NCBI GenBank assembly: GCA_964016885.1
Contig: OZ024741.1
Span: 101,866,001-101,930,000, forward strand
DNA from: Eledone cirrhosa
Taxonomy: Eukaryota
DNA: 64,000 nt
Reading direction: 5' to 3'
The translations under genes were made by a program, and so were the position numbers. A model generated the notes under the pieces. It worked only from the letters and a program-made list of their open reading frames with translations. It ran no database searches and was not told the DNA's origin. Shown piece by piece: positions 1 through 12,661 of this stretch (position 1 is its first letter; each line of letters begins with the position of its first letter).

Positions 1-76
1 GGATAAATTTTCATTTAGTCCAGAATTAGCCGTCGAAACGGCTTGAGCTCAGCTGTCGGGGTCTTACTGGTTCCTA
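1..76 (+). mobile_element. 3' terminus of a PLE pseudo-LTR (hammerhead stem III/cleavage half) running into (TA)n
   Basis: agccgtcGAAAcggcttgagctcagctgTCggggtc matches 7094-7129 and 46837-46885; ends at ttcctat in (TA)n. Confidence 0.75.
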
Positions 77-912
77 TATATATATATATATATATATCGG
101 TGTGTATTTATATGTATGAGTATATGTTTTACTTGTTTATTTCTTTTATTATATTTCTTTTTATTTCTAAATTTATAGATACATTTTTATAAATATGCTG
201 AGTCTGACACCCTCCTTAATTACTTACTCCCTTACCTACTTTTAATTCTGCATCTAGATGTAAGTGTATGTGGCCGTGTTTATGTGTGCGCCTCAATATC
301 CATATAGTTATAATAATAATATATACGTATGTGTGTGTGTGTGTGTGTATATATGTGTGTGTGTGTTCGTGGGTATGTGTGTGTTTATGTATATATGCGT
401 GTGTGTGTATGAATGTATGTATATGTGTGTATATATGTGTGTATATATGTATGTATATGTATGTATATTTTGTCTGTGGATTATAAACATACAGAGACAT
501 TAGCCCTGAATTTTTATATTTACATACACTTTTTCGACATGCGTATGCATGTGAACATACATTTTTATGCATATCTGTGAACGAAGTTACTTGCATATAT
601 ACACACACCTAACTGTATTTTCTTGATGAATTTTTATGTATTTCATTGGTCTATTTAAAATCTGTTCCCAAACAGACCTGTAATTTTGAATTGTTGTTAT
701 TATCAATAAATATACTTCATTATTTCTGAAGACAGCATATATATGTGTTGGTATGTATATTCTCTTTGATAGTTTGTATAATTTTGTACATAGATCTTTT
801 GAATATGCATGCCAATTCTAACACATATATGTCCTAGAAACGATCGTTAAATAATGAAATTTTTTTGTTTAATATAAGGAACTGTTTCATTGTTTTATTC
901 ATTATTTTTTTA

Positions 913-980
<68 letters not shown>

Positions 981-1550
981 AACCTTTATATGTAATATCT
1001 CCCTTAGGTTGAGATGCAATTTTGGCTGTATTGTGCTGCGCTTTCTAGCAAAAAGCCACCAGCCGTAAGAAACTAATTACATTCTTTTTAACCTGACCGC
1101 TGCTACGTAACGATTCTTAGCCATTTTTAAATGAATTCTTGGCGCGATCACTTTGGAAAATTTATTGTCTAAATTTGAGCTAACTTCCTAAAGAGTCCGG
1201 TGCTCTAGGTGTCCGATGCCATCGGATATCTTAAAATGCGGGCGAAACCATGGTAGAGGTAACTAAATATGTTCACTTTTCTCCTAGTTTATTTTACACC
1301 TAATTCTGTTTAATTGACTGTATATCTGAGCGATTCATGCACGCTGTCGAAATACTCGATAAATGCTCCGTCGCAACCGGCGCGAAGGGCTGCTTTCGGT
1401 TATTTGTTGGAGATTTCTTCATAGAAGCCTTTATTCTTATAGCTTGGTCTAATCGATTTTTTATATGGTTAATTATGCTAATTGGGAGAGGAAATGGTAT
1501 ATATTTTATTTGGTGATTCTATAGACATGTTTTATGATATATATATATAT

Positions 1551-2020
1551 AGAAGTGGTTACACAACAGTTAGTTCACCATACCGAGAACAATTGTTTCA
1601 CCTAAGCGGATCCTCAGCTCGTAATGGACATGGTTATACGGAACAGGAAGGACAACCGTACGAACGCTCATGTGCAGAAAAGGTCATTTCACACAGGCAA
1701 TACTAAATTGCGTGTGAGAGGTGTAAGGGAGATAACTGCGAAGGTCCGAAAGTTTCTGGTTGAGAAGAAAATTAGGATGTTGTTGTAATTCAATCCGGAG
1801 ATTTGTAGTTATGTAAGAGGTGTTTCCAGACGTGTGGACAACGTGTGAAGAATTCATTTCTCGTGTTTAGGCAATCACTATTGCGTAATCTCTTTAGAAT
1901 ATTTATTCGTTCATCAATACATAGTCCACACGACGGATTGCCTCTTGCGTATGGCTTGGACTTAGTGATGACTTTCTATTGAATGGAGTAGTCTATACTT
2001 GAGTCCTTGAGGGACCATAC
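1551..2020 (-). mobile_element. Inverted upstream copy of the 3' end of PLE A
   Basis: Reverse complement of ~3270-3740 (end of GIY-YIG, 3' UTR, ribozyme), with scattered substitutions. Confidence 0.9.
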
Positions 2021-3801
2021 TTACTTAGTAAGGCCATACTTAGAAACATAGTTAAGACCATTAGGACCAAGTCCAACCTGTCCCAGTGGGAGAACAGCGA
2101 CTCCGTAATTAAGTGGTTTAACTCCTTTAAATCCAAAAAAGCGAAGTTCACATAGTTTGACATTGTTGATTTTTACCCGTCGATCTCAGAGGCCCTGTTA
2201 AACAAAGCGTTGGACTTTGCTACCACTTACACTACCGTCGATGGTTTAGACAGGGAAATCATCGTTCACTGCCGGAAAACCCTCCTCTTCAACAACGGAG
2301 TAGCCTGGGCAAAGAAGTCAACAACTTCAGACCTATTCGTCGTCTCCATGAGATCGTTTGACAGTGCTGACGTATGCGACTTGGTTGACCTATTTATTTT
2401 AGACATATTACGGGAATATACCGCGACGATGGACTGACCTTATCAAGCCATAAAAGTGGTCACACCTCGACCGGCTTAAAAAAGACTTAGCTTCTACCTT
2501 CAATGAATTAGGACTTAGGATAACAGTAGCTACCAACATCTCTAGCGTAGATTTCTTAGACATTAATTTAAACCTTCGCACACACACCTACAGACCCTTC
2601 CATAAGGTAAAGCAAAAACTCAATTATATTCACAACGACTCATGCTACCCTCCCATTGTTTTTAGAAACTTCGTAAATAATATCAGTACTAGACTCTCAA
2701 ACCTCTCCTCTAATAAGGCTATCTTTGACAGGGCGGCACCCTACTATAACACGGCGTTAGCTAACAGCGGCTTCTCGCAACCTATCACTTATTCTCCCAC
2801 TAACAACAACAGCAATAAGACAAGAAAGCGTAACGATAGACAAACTATCTGGTTCTCTCCTCCCTTCTCACTCAACGTTAAAACCAATGTAGGAAAACAA
2901 TTTCTAGCCCTCTTAGATATACACTTTCCCATACGTCATAAATACCGCTCCATCTTTAACCGACACAAAGTAAAACTAGGATAATCCTGCGCTAAGAACA
3001 TGAAGGCCCACATCACCAACAGCCCCAAGAGCAACACCCCACCAGAGTGCTCTTGCCGTAAGCCCGAAGCTTGTTCCCTTCAACAGCAATGCAACACACC
3101 CCTGTAGTTTATGAAGCTGTGGTCACTTCCAACCGACCAAATCAACCACAGGAGGTCAAATCCTATGTGGGTATGACGGAGGGCCGATTTAAGGAACGCT
3201 TCCTGAACCACCAATCGACCTTTAGGTACCCCGACAGACGTTCATCCTCGAAACTCGCGAGTCACGTATGGTCCCTCAAGGAATCAAGTATAGACTATTC
3301 CATTCAATGGAAAGCCATCACTAAGTCCAATCCGTACGCAAGGGGCAATCCGTCGTGTGGAGTATGTATTGATGAACGAATAAATATTCTAAAGAGATTA
3401 CGCAATAGTGATTGCCTAAACACAAGAAATGAATTCTTCACACGTTGTCCACACGTCTGGAAACACCTCTTGCATAACTACAAAGCTCCCGATTGAATTA
3501 CAACAACATCCTAATTTACTTATCAACCAGAAACTTTCGGACTTTCGCAGTTATCCCCCTTACACCTCTCATACATACTTTAGTATTGCCTGTGTGAAAT
3601 GTTCGTTTCTGCGCATGCGCGTTCGTACGGTTGTCCTTCCTGTTCCGTATAACCATGTCCATTACGAGCTGAGGATCCGCTAAGGTGAAACAATTGTTCT
3701 CGGTATGGTGAACTAACTGTTGTGTAAACACTTCTACATAGCTCGACCCATGGACTGAGTGCTCTACCACTACGGATATTACCTTTCAGTGTTCTACCAC
3801 T
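2021..3801 (+). mobile_element. PLE A: 5'-truncated, decayed Naiad-type Penelope-like element (RT + GIY-YIG)
   Basis: Frameshifted RT motifs FDIVDFYPSI, SFDSADVCDLV, VDFLDI; CSCRKPEAC (CxCx5C); VVYEA..SYVGMT GIY-YIG; CGVC..LNTRNE..CPH; ends in (TA)n. Confidence 0.9.
3659..3708 (+). ncRNA. Minimal type I hammerhead ribozyme (PLE A); minus-strand copy at 1584-1621
   Basis: cgag-CTGAGGA-tccgctaaggt-GAAA-caattg-TT-ctcg; stem I cgag/ctcg, palindromic stem III. Confidence 0.8.
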
Positions 3802-3908
3802 ATATATATATACATAAAAATATCTGACTCAACATACGATTTCACATCAAGAATCTTGCAAACAAATACAAATTCGAAGGGTGTGTGTCTATGTATGTAT
3901 GTATTTAT

Positions 3909-4156
<248 letters not shown>

Positions 4157-4205
4157 GTATATATATAATAATAAATGTGAAGACTAAAAGATATGTGTGT
4201 ATATG

Positions 4206-4244
<39 letters not shown>

Positions 4245-4386
4245 GTGTGTGTGTGTGAGTGTATGTGTGTGTATGTGTGAAAATGTGCGTGTGTACATGT
4301 GTTTATATATATATAAATATATAATTTTCATTTTACTGCTATCTCAGAATTTTCTATACAACGTATATAACCTAGCTCGTGTCGAA

Positions 4387-4417
<31 letters not shown>

Positions 4418-4471
4418 CATCTGGTTCCTTATATATATATATACATCTGGTTCCTTACCACAATTCCTTTG

Positions 4472-4505
<34 letters not shown>

Positions 4506-4507
<2 letters not shown>

Positions 4508-5091
4508 CAAAGGAATTGTGGTAAGGAACCAGATGGACCATAACGCACCAGAGTACTCAATACTTAGGGTAGTAGAGTGGGACATAGGAAAAAGTATGAC
4601 ACCGACGGCAGAGCTCAAGCCGTTTCGACAGCTATTTCTCGACTAAATTAGAATTTTTAGCCTGGTGAATAAATAGCCGAACTTGTCAAGGGGGTACTTC
4701 CTTATATGGGAAGATTGTAGTTGTCAAGAGTATTGGTTAAAATTTGTTGTAAACACAAATAAGTCTATCATTTGGTGGGAGGTAGGGGTGGCTGAACTTG
4801 CTTGTAGAACAATAGGGGTGGGAGTGGAGCGGTCAAGCGTGGAAAGTGATATGTATACAGCAGATTCTAAGGATAGTGTATGAAGTGGAGGAGGGAGGTT
4901 ATAGAATAGGTAAATCGAATGAGAGTAGGAGACAATAAAATATAATAGAAAAAAAAATATATATAGTGAGAAATGAATAAAAAAAATCACTATGCTATTT
5001 TACAATTACAGGTTAATAAGTTGAGAATAGAAAAAACTTGTAGAAATTGAGTAGTACCAGAACTGATACAAAATTAAAGGGGTTTAACACG
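4506..5091 (-). mobile_element. Inverted upstream copy of PLE B 3' UTR/pseudo-LTR
   Basis: Reverse complement of ~6653-7142 plus ~80 nt of extra tail absent from the sense copy. Confidence 0.9.
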
Positions 5092-5201
5092 CCCATCACC
5101 GACCAGGAAAGAAATATCATCCTCCACGCCAGGAAGACAGTCCTACTTTTCGACAACTCCAAATGGATAAAAAGAGCTCCTGACTCCCCCTCGAAGTCAG
5201 T

Positions 5202-6320
5202 ATGGGCGCGACGGATTCGGCCGAGGTCACAGATCTTATAGGATTATTCCTACTATTTAAACTCACCGAAATGTTTCCTGCATTCGGCGGTGGATTGTAC
5301 CGGGATGATGGGCTCATCACCCTCAAAGGGTACAACCCCAGTAGTACAGACCGGGTCCGTAAACAACTAATCAACTTCTTCCGGGACTGGGTATTTAAAA
5401 TCACCCTACAAACGTCCCTAACCCGAGTCAATTTCCTGGACGTTACCCTTAACCTCGAAAATGATCTGTACTACTCATACAGGAAACCAAACGACAACTT
5501 GCACTACATCCACCGCCGCTCTAACCATCCTAGAAACATCACCAATAACCTGGTTAAAAACATCTCCCTCCGCATATCTCGTTTGTCCGCTAATGAGCAG
5601 ATATTCGACGAACACGCGCCTCATTACAACCAGGCCCTCAAGCGGAGTGGCTTCCGGGAGGAAATATCCTTTTATCCAGCTTCCCTTAGCGGAACCAGCA
5701 AGATAACGTGGTTCAATCCTCCCCATAATGCCGAGGTGGCAACACCTATCGGAAAAATCTTCTTTAGACTCCTCGAAAAACACTTCCCACTACAACACCG
5801 CTACCACAACATAATCAACAAAAACACCATCAAACTCTCCTACAGCACTACTCCTAACTTCGCACAAAACATCGCTTCCTCAAACAACAAAAAACTCAAC
5901 CCCTATGGAAGAAATAACCTAGACATCAGTGGAGAGCCGACCTGGAGGTGTAACTGCCCTGATAGATCTACGTGCCCCCTCAACAACAAATGCCGAGAAC
6001 GTAACGTGATCTACCAGTGCAACGTGAGGACGGACACCCCCAACAAAGCTTATATAGGATTAACCGCGTGTGACTTCAAGACCCGGCTCTACCAACACCG
6101 ACATACTTTCCGAAACCCGGTCCGGCGACATGCCACTACACTTTCGGGCCACCTCCAAGATAATAATATAACCTACAATCTCACTTGGAACTTACTGTCC
6201 AGAGCTAACTCTTACACGGGAGGACGCCGTCCGTGTAACTTATGCTCGGAGGAAACATTACAAATGCTGTTTTCGAAGGACCAACTCCTAAACAAGAAAG
6301 ACGAACTGATAACCGCATGA
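5202..6320 (+). pseudogene. Partial PLE reverse transcriptase/GIY-YIG endonuclease ORF (372 aa)
   Basis: MGATDSAE, LYRDDGL, VNFLDV, SNHP, WFNPP, CNCPDRSTC, NVIYQC..AYIGLT, CNLC; TGA at the conserved Cys of the terminal CxH, frame open to 6380. Confidence 0.9.
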
Positions 6321-7031
6321 AAACACAGATTGCGTAGGACTTACCTCGCCCTCAAATCCCATAACGACCCGGGTGGGTAGACAAGGGCTGATACCCCCCC
6401 ACTTGCCGAATAAGTTAGGGGAAACCCCAGCTTACTTAGGTAGATGTATCTCTTTTCTTTTCTTTTCCTCTTTGTCTTCTTCCCCCTGTCTCATCCTATC
6501 ACTTCCTTCCACCCCCTATTTTCTTCCTCGTCTGATTTTCCCCTTTCGCCTACCCCATGCAGCCCATCGGGCCCCTGTAGCATCAGTTCCCCCACCCCTG
6601 TAATTTTAAGATAGAATTGGCCGAATACGTTTTACTAACTACTTATAGCAGACGTGTTAAACCCCTTTAATTTTGTATCAGTTCTGGTACTACTCAATTT
6701 CTACAAGTTTTTTCTATTCTCAACTTAGATAGCATTATGATTTTTTAAAATTCATTTCTCACTATAAATATTTTGTTTTCTATTATCTTTTATTGTCTCC
6801 TACTCTCATTCGATTTACCTATTCTATAACCTCCCCCCTCCACTTCATACACTATCCTTAGAATCTGCGGTATACATATCACTTTCAACGCTTGACTGCT
6901 CCACCCCTATTGTTCTACAGGCAAGTTCAGCCACCCCTACCTCCCACCAAATGCCATGATAGACTTATTTGTGTTTACAACAAATTTTAACCAATACACT
7001 TGACAACTACAATCTTCCCATATAAGGAAGT

Positions 7032-7128
7032 ACCCCCTTGACAAGTTCGGCTATTTATTCACCAGGCTAAAAATTCTAATTTAGTCGAGAAATAGCCGTC
7101 GAAACGGCTTGAGCTCTGCCGTCGGGGT
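7032..7128 (+). ncRNA. Type I hammerhead ribozyme, U3-A8 core variant with extended stem II; minus copy at 4599-4695
   Basis: cccc-TTGACAA-g..cggctattt...aaatagccg.c-GAAA-cggc ttgagctct gccg-TC-gggg. Confidence 0.8.
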
Positions 7129-7369
7129 CATACCTTTTCCTATATATATATATATATATATATAAAAGGAATTTGAAGTTTACTTGAAGTATTGTATATG
7201 GTATAAAGAATTCGAAGCTGGAGAGCCCCGACAATGCAGGTTTGGACGGAGAAAAATTATATCGTAAGAAACAGGGGTTGTTTTTTTACCTTAATTTATT
7301 CATATGTCCTGATATTTCGAGATTAATATCTCATCTTTCAAGGAAAATAAAGGAACTATTCCAGTGTCC

Positions 7370-8289
7370 GATATGGCTTGCTATACCATGCTGACTTTAC
7401 ACATGTGTTACTTATATTTCTTGAAGTGCAATGGGCTAAAAAAATTTAAACTTTTTCGGCCCTAGACGAAAAACCGCATTTTGAAGGCATTTTTAGGCTC
7501 TTTTGAGGCGTAACTTAAAGATAATCCAGCCGATTTCCTCGAAATTTGCAGCACACATTAGTTAGTCCCCTTGCATTGCTGTGGACAAAATATTTCCGAT
7601 TCCATTACTAGTTTCTAGGAAATTTACGAATTAGCATTGGGCACTACATGCCATTTTCATTTTCAATATAAACGCTACTTAAACATCGTAAGTAGCGTAT
7701 AATATTTCATTAAAAATTTTGTTTATTTAACAGAGGACCCAACACTTACTTACTTTTGAGCAGGACCATTTTCGGGGAATTGAGAAAATTTTTGTCGGCG
7801 CCCTGTTGACGCTTCGTGCTTTCATCACGCGCAAAGCCGAGCCCTGTGTACGTTACCGTGTTATTGACACCGTAAAACTCACGTATGTGCTACTTCTACT
7901 AAGACCCCTTTTGTTGCACCTACACTACAGTATGAACGCCCTGCGCAAGTACGCCGAACAGCGGTTGTGCTAATTCCGCGGTGACCCCTTTTATCGCACC
8001 TTTGTTGCTGTGTAAACGCAGTACAACCAGTGCCGCCCAGCGTGCGTGCTAATTGCACTATGACCCCCTTCTGCTGCAGTTGCGTTGCCACGCTGATTTC
8101 GTCATCTCAATATCCCTACTTAAACGTACATCCCTACTTGGTTTTCACACAATTGACTATGTCGCTCCTCAATCATTCCCTGGGAATAAGGGAATTCAAA
8201 AAGCAGACAGCTACATTCCTCAATCATTGCATATGCGTGTTGCTACTTCATGTTTCCTACCCCGTGCAACGGCGGGTCTTGGTGCTAGT
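7370..8289 (+). mobile_element. Probable non-autonomous Helitron-like element (5' boundary uncertain)
   Basis: GC-rich subterminal hairpin cccgtgcaacggcggg (8261-8276) followed 8 nt later by CTAGT; non-coding interior richer in GC than flanks. Confidence 0.55.
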
Positions 8290-8297
8290 ATATATAT

Positions 8298-8382
<85 letters not shown>

Positions 8383-8385
<3 letters not shown>

Positions 8386-9019
8386 TAAAATAAAAGATTA
8401 AAGTTTAAGCAAAGAATCGCTCCTTTCACCCTTAACGGGATCTTATTCTGTATTCTCTATCTCCTGTTCTTTATCTCTTTCTCTCTTATTTTTTATATTT
8501 TAATCCTCTAATATTTTTCTGTACTTTTTGCATGTTTATTTCGCCAATTCATCAACTCAATACATTACATTTCGACTAACATATACCGTATTTCTTTTGA
8601 TGTTATTGTTATTCTTACTGTCATCACTATTTTACACATCCACTTACTCATCATTATAACTTCATCTACCACCACTACTACTATTATCAGTAACCGTATT
8701 TTTTTACTTATTTTTTACATTTTTATTTTCTTTTTTCTTTTTTAATACTTTTTATATTATTTTTTATTATCTTTTATTATTGGTGCTATTGTTTTCATTC
8801 ACTTGATTCTCCGATGTATCCATAAATAACAGTGCTGTGTGTTACACCCTCCAGTATTCCGATGATTTGATCAGAGACGCACACTGTATTTAAGGTCGAG
8901 TGACGCAATTTCGAGTAATCAGCGGCCTTTAGACTCACCTGAGCAATGAAACAATTGTTAATACTGTAAATAAAACCCTTTTTGTACAGCCGACCATGTT
9001 AATCTTCACTCTTTGACTA
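8383..9019 (+). mobile_element. Solo PLE 3' UTR/pseudo-LTR remnant between (TA)n tracts
   Basis: Contains hammerhead motif followed by AATAAA; first ~50 nt recur at 53796-53886. Confidence 0.6.
8852..8966 (+). ncRNA. Hammerhead ribozyme with C4 core variant and 82-nt stem II
   Basis: cagtatt-CCGATGA-t ttgatcag...ctgagcaa t-GAAA-caattg-TT-aatactg; perfect 7-bp stem I. Confidence 0.7.
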
Positions 9020-9199
9020 TATATATATATATATATAGCCATATAATTATATATATATATATAATTTCAGCGTGATTCGTATTTCGGCAGGGTCGAAAAC
9101 AAGCGAAACGCAATATCCGAGTTATGCTGGCAAGCGCTCCATGGACCAAAAAGAGACCAGAGTAATAAACATAGGTTATAGAGGCCAAACAAACTGATG

Positions 9200-9230
<31 letters not shown>

Positions 9231-9231
<1 letters not shown>

Positions 9232-10587
9232 CATCATCATCATCATCATCATCATCGTAATTTTACGTCCGCTTTTCCCTGCTTGCAAGGGTTGGACGGG
9301 TTTTATTCAGAACAGCATCTCTCCACTTGTCACGGTCCTTCGTCATCTCCTCTGTGAGGTTCAGCGATCTGAGGTCTGCTCTCACCACCTCCGCCCATGT
9401 TTTTCGTGGTCTACCTCTACTGCGTCTTCCTTCTACTGGGATTTCTTGGCACTTCTTTACCCAGTGGTCATCCTCCATGCGCATCACAAGTCCATACCAT
9501 CTCAGTCTTCTCTCCTGCACACCACAACTTATCCCTCTTATACCCAGTTTCTTTCTCAACTTGTCTATGCTTGGTCGTTCACGTACATTGACATTGTACA
9601 TCCAACGGAGCATACTTGCTTTATTTCTCTCCAGCCATCGCATATCCTCTTTAGTTGCTGCTCATGTCTCATGCAGCATCGCGCATCTCACACAGGCCTC
9701 ATATAACCGTCCTTTCGCACGCAGGGAAAAATCCTTCTTTGACAACAGAGGAAGCAGCTCCCTAAACTTCTTCCAACCCGTCCTTATTCTAGATACTATG
9801 GCCTTGGAACACATCCCTCCCATACTAATCTGATCACCTAAGTACCGGAAGCTATCAACCACTTCTATAGAACCCACGTTCATTGGAAAAATGTGTATAT
9901 CACTGCGATTACTACTGTCAACTTTCCCTGTACATCTACTGCATACGTAGTTTTCCCTACCTGTTAGTTTGCCTGCTATCCCACTACATCTCTTGTGTAC
10001 CCAAGATCTGTACTGCGTACATTTTATGGAATTTATGCCAGTTCCTTTCCTACATATCGAACATGGCCATTTCCCGGATGGATTCAGAGTTTTGTCCTCT
10101 CTTCTACTTATCAACACTTTTGTCTTAGTTATGTTCACTCTCAGTCCTCTTGCTTCCAACTGCTGTTTCCATAGCCAGAATTTATTCTGTAGCTCCTCTA
10201 CTGATTCTGCTATAAGAACCAGATCATCAGCACAGAGAAGTTCTCATGGGCATCCAATCTTAAACTCCTCTGTTATAGCTTGGAGGACTATAATGAACAA
10301 GAGCGGGCTGAAGACCGAACCCTGATGTACACCTACATGTATCTGGAATTCCTCACTAAACACCATTCCTACTCGCACTTTACTGACAACACCCCTGAAC
10401 ATAGCTTGCACTGTCCTCATAAGCCATTCCTCTACACCTAGTTTCCTTAAGGACCACCAGATGACAGATAGGGGTACCCTATCAAAGGCCTTCTCTAGGT
10501 CAACAAAAGCTAAGTATAGTGGCTTATTCTTCTCTAAGAACCTCTCTTGTAGTTGCCTCGCTAAGAAGAGGGCATCTGTAGTACTTT

Positions 10588-10591
<4 letters not shown>
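9231..10591 (-). mobile_element. 5'-truncated RTE-clade LINE with PHD-like finger and (ATG)n tail
   Basis: STTDALF, AFVDLEKAFDRV, GVHQGSVFSPLLF, ADDL, FRYLG, RRLRWYG, GRPRKTW; stops/frameshifts; (TCA)n at 9231-9256. Confidence 0.92.
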
Positions 10592-10634
<43 letters not shown>

Positions 10635-10929
10635 CTAATACAACAGTTTCCTCTTATTTCAGTCCTTTCATTGTTGTAGAAGCGAAACAACCTACAGAAT
10701 AACAGGTTTCGGTCAGCCGTAACTGGCTCGGTATGCAAATGAGACTACTCAGCGGATGTGTGCTTAAGAAAATACTATATATTTTCCAGCGTTCAACAGA
10801 CTGGCAGAGGTAACTCAAACTCAATCAAAGAAATTAACTGGTTCATTAAAGCGGAGATTAAGGAAACAAAATTATATAACTAGATATAGTAGATTACTAC
10901 ACACATACATACACACACACGCACGCACG

Positions 10930-11287
<358 letters not shown>

Positions 11288-11435
11288 TAATAATAATAAG
11301 CTGACCGGACTAGGTTTGACATAAAGTTTCCCTGGTAGTACCGGTTGCATCTCAGCGAACTCAATAGGTAAGGTTATGTATCCCAGAGCAGACACAAAGT
11401 TATTTGCCTCAATACTTATATATATATATATGATT

Positions 11436-12186
11436 AAAGTTAGTCCTTCATCAGGGATCTTCCAACCTTCATTGGTATTTCATCGCTTTAAAGACCATAT
11501 ACCTCCGGTTGGTGCGAACAACGGCTAAAGAAAGTCGTTGGGACACGTAAATAAGGGGAACGAGCGAGACTGTAAACAATCAAAGATGGTAATGCAACGA
11601 AAAGTGAGGAAGAAGGAGTCAAGTCCCTGAATTCTATGAATATAAGTTCTGTGAAATCGTGGACGAGAGAGAGAATAAAGACCATCAAACCTAGTCGAAA
11701 TGTGAGCAAGGAAGGAATTCCGCACATGTCAAACGGAAGGAAGAAGGAGTCTAGTCCCTGAATTCGGTGACCATAAGTTCTGTGAAATCGTAGACAAGAG
11801 AGAAAAAAAAGGAACAACCAACCTGGTCACCTGTGCGCGAGAAAAGAATTATGCACAGGTCAAACGGGAGGAAGTAGGAGAAGGAGTAGCAGAGAGTGAG
11901 TGAGTGAAGGATGAGGAAGGGGCTAACAGAGAAAGTGACTGTTAGAGAGGGTAAAGGGAGGTGAAAGATACAGAGAAAGAGGAAGCAGTAAGAATGAAAT
12001 AGACGGGTCACAGCGGAGGAAAATATATGTGTGAATATGAAAACAAAACGTGCTGCGTGGTTGCATATGGGTTACATATGAATAAAGTTAGTCCTTCATC
12101 AGTGATCTTCCAACCTTCATTGGTATGTCATCGCTTTAAAGACCATATACCTCCGGTTGGTGCGAGCAACGGCTAAAGAAAGTCGT
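11436..12186 (-). mobile_element. Non-coding element bounded by ~100-bp direct repeats (11436-11537, 12084-12185), probably PLE-derived
   Basis: Near-identical terminal repeats with CTGATGA on minus strand; internal ~130-bp duplication; (TA)n on both sides. Confidence 0.55.
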
Positions 12187-12294
12187 ATATATATATATAA
12201 ATATGTATGAAATTGAAAAAGTGGAGAATAACTATCCATAATAAGAAGTATTCACAACCTCTAACTGGATTACCTATAACGATATTTTGTTATG

Positions 12295-12329
<35 letters not shown>

Positions 12330-12629
12330 AAAAAGGAGTAAGGTTCTATACAAAACAGAGGTTATAAAAATTAGAGGAACAACTTTAAAAAAAAAAGGAG
12401 TTTTATATGTATATTTTCTATTAAAAAAAAATTGTTCCTTTCATTTTTTTAAAGATATCACTTTGATGAATCAAAGAAGAAAAAAAAGAAAAACATATCT
12501 TTTAAATATACTGTTCGTGCTATTTCCAATTCCACTTTTTCTCCCTATCTCCCCCCTCTCTCTCTATATATATATGTGTGTGTGTGTGTGTATCTGTGTC
12601 TATAGATATATGTACGTACATACATACAT

Positions 12630-12661
<32 letters not shown>

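Larger units (their letters stand above)
5085..7142 (+). mobile_element. PLE B: 5'-truncated Naiad-type Penelope-like element
   Basis: RT + CxCx5C + GIY-YIG ORF, ~760-nt 3' UTR with ribozyme, ends in (TA)n; one frameshift near 5195. Confidence 0.92.

Noticed and set aside
7307-7344. Hammerhead-like motif on minus strand (tcct-TGAAAGA-tgaga..tctc-GAAA-ta-TC-agga)
   Set aside because: Core does not match CUGANGA or a compensated variant; at best a decayed remnant
10690-10760. Possible hammerhead on minus strand (CTGAGTA...GAAAcctgTT)
   Set aside because: Core mismatch and no stem I
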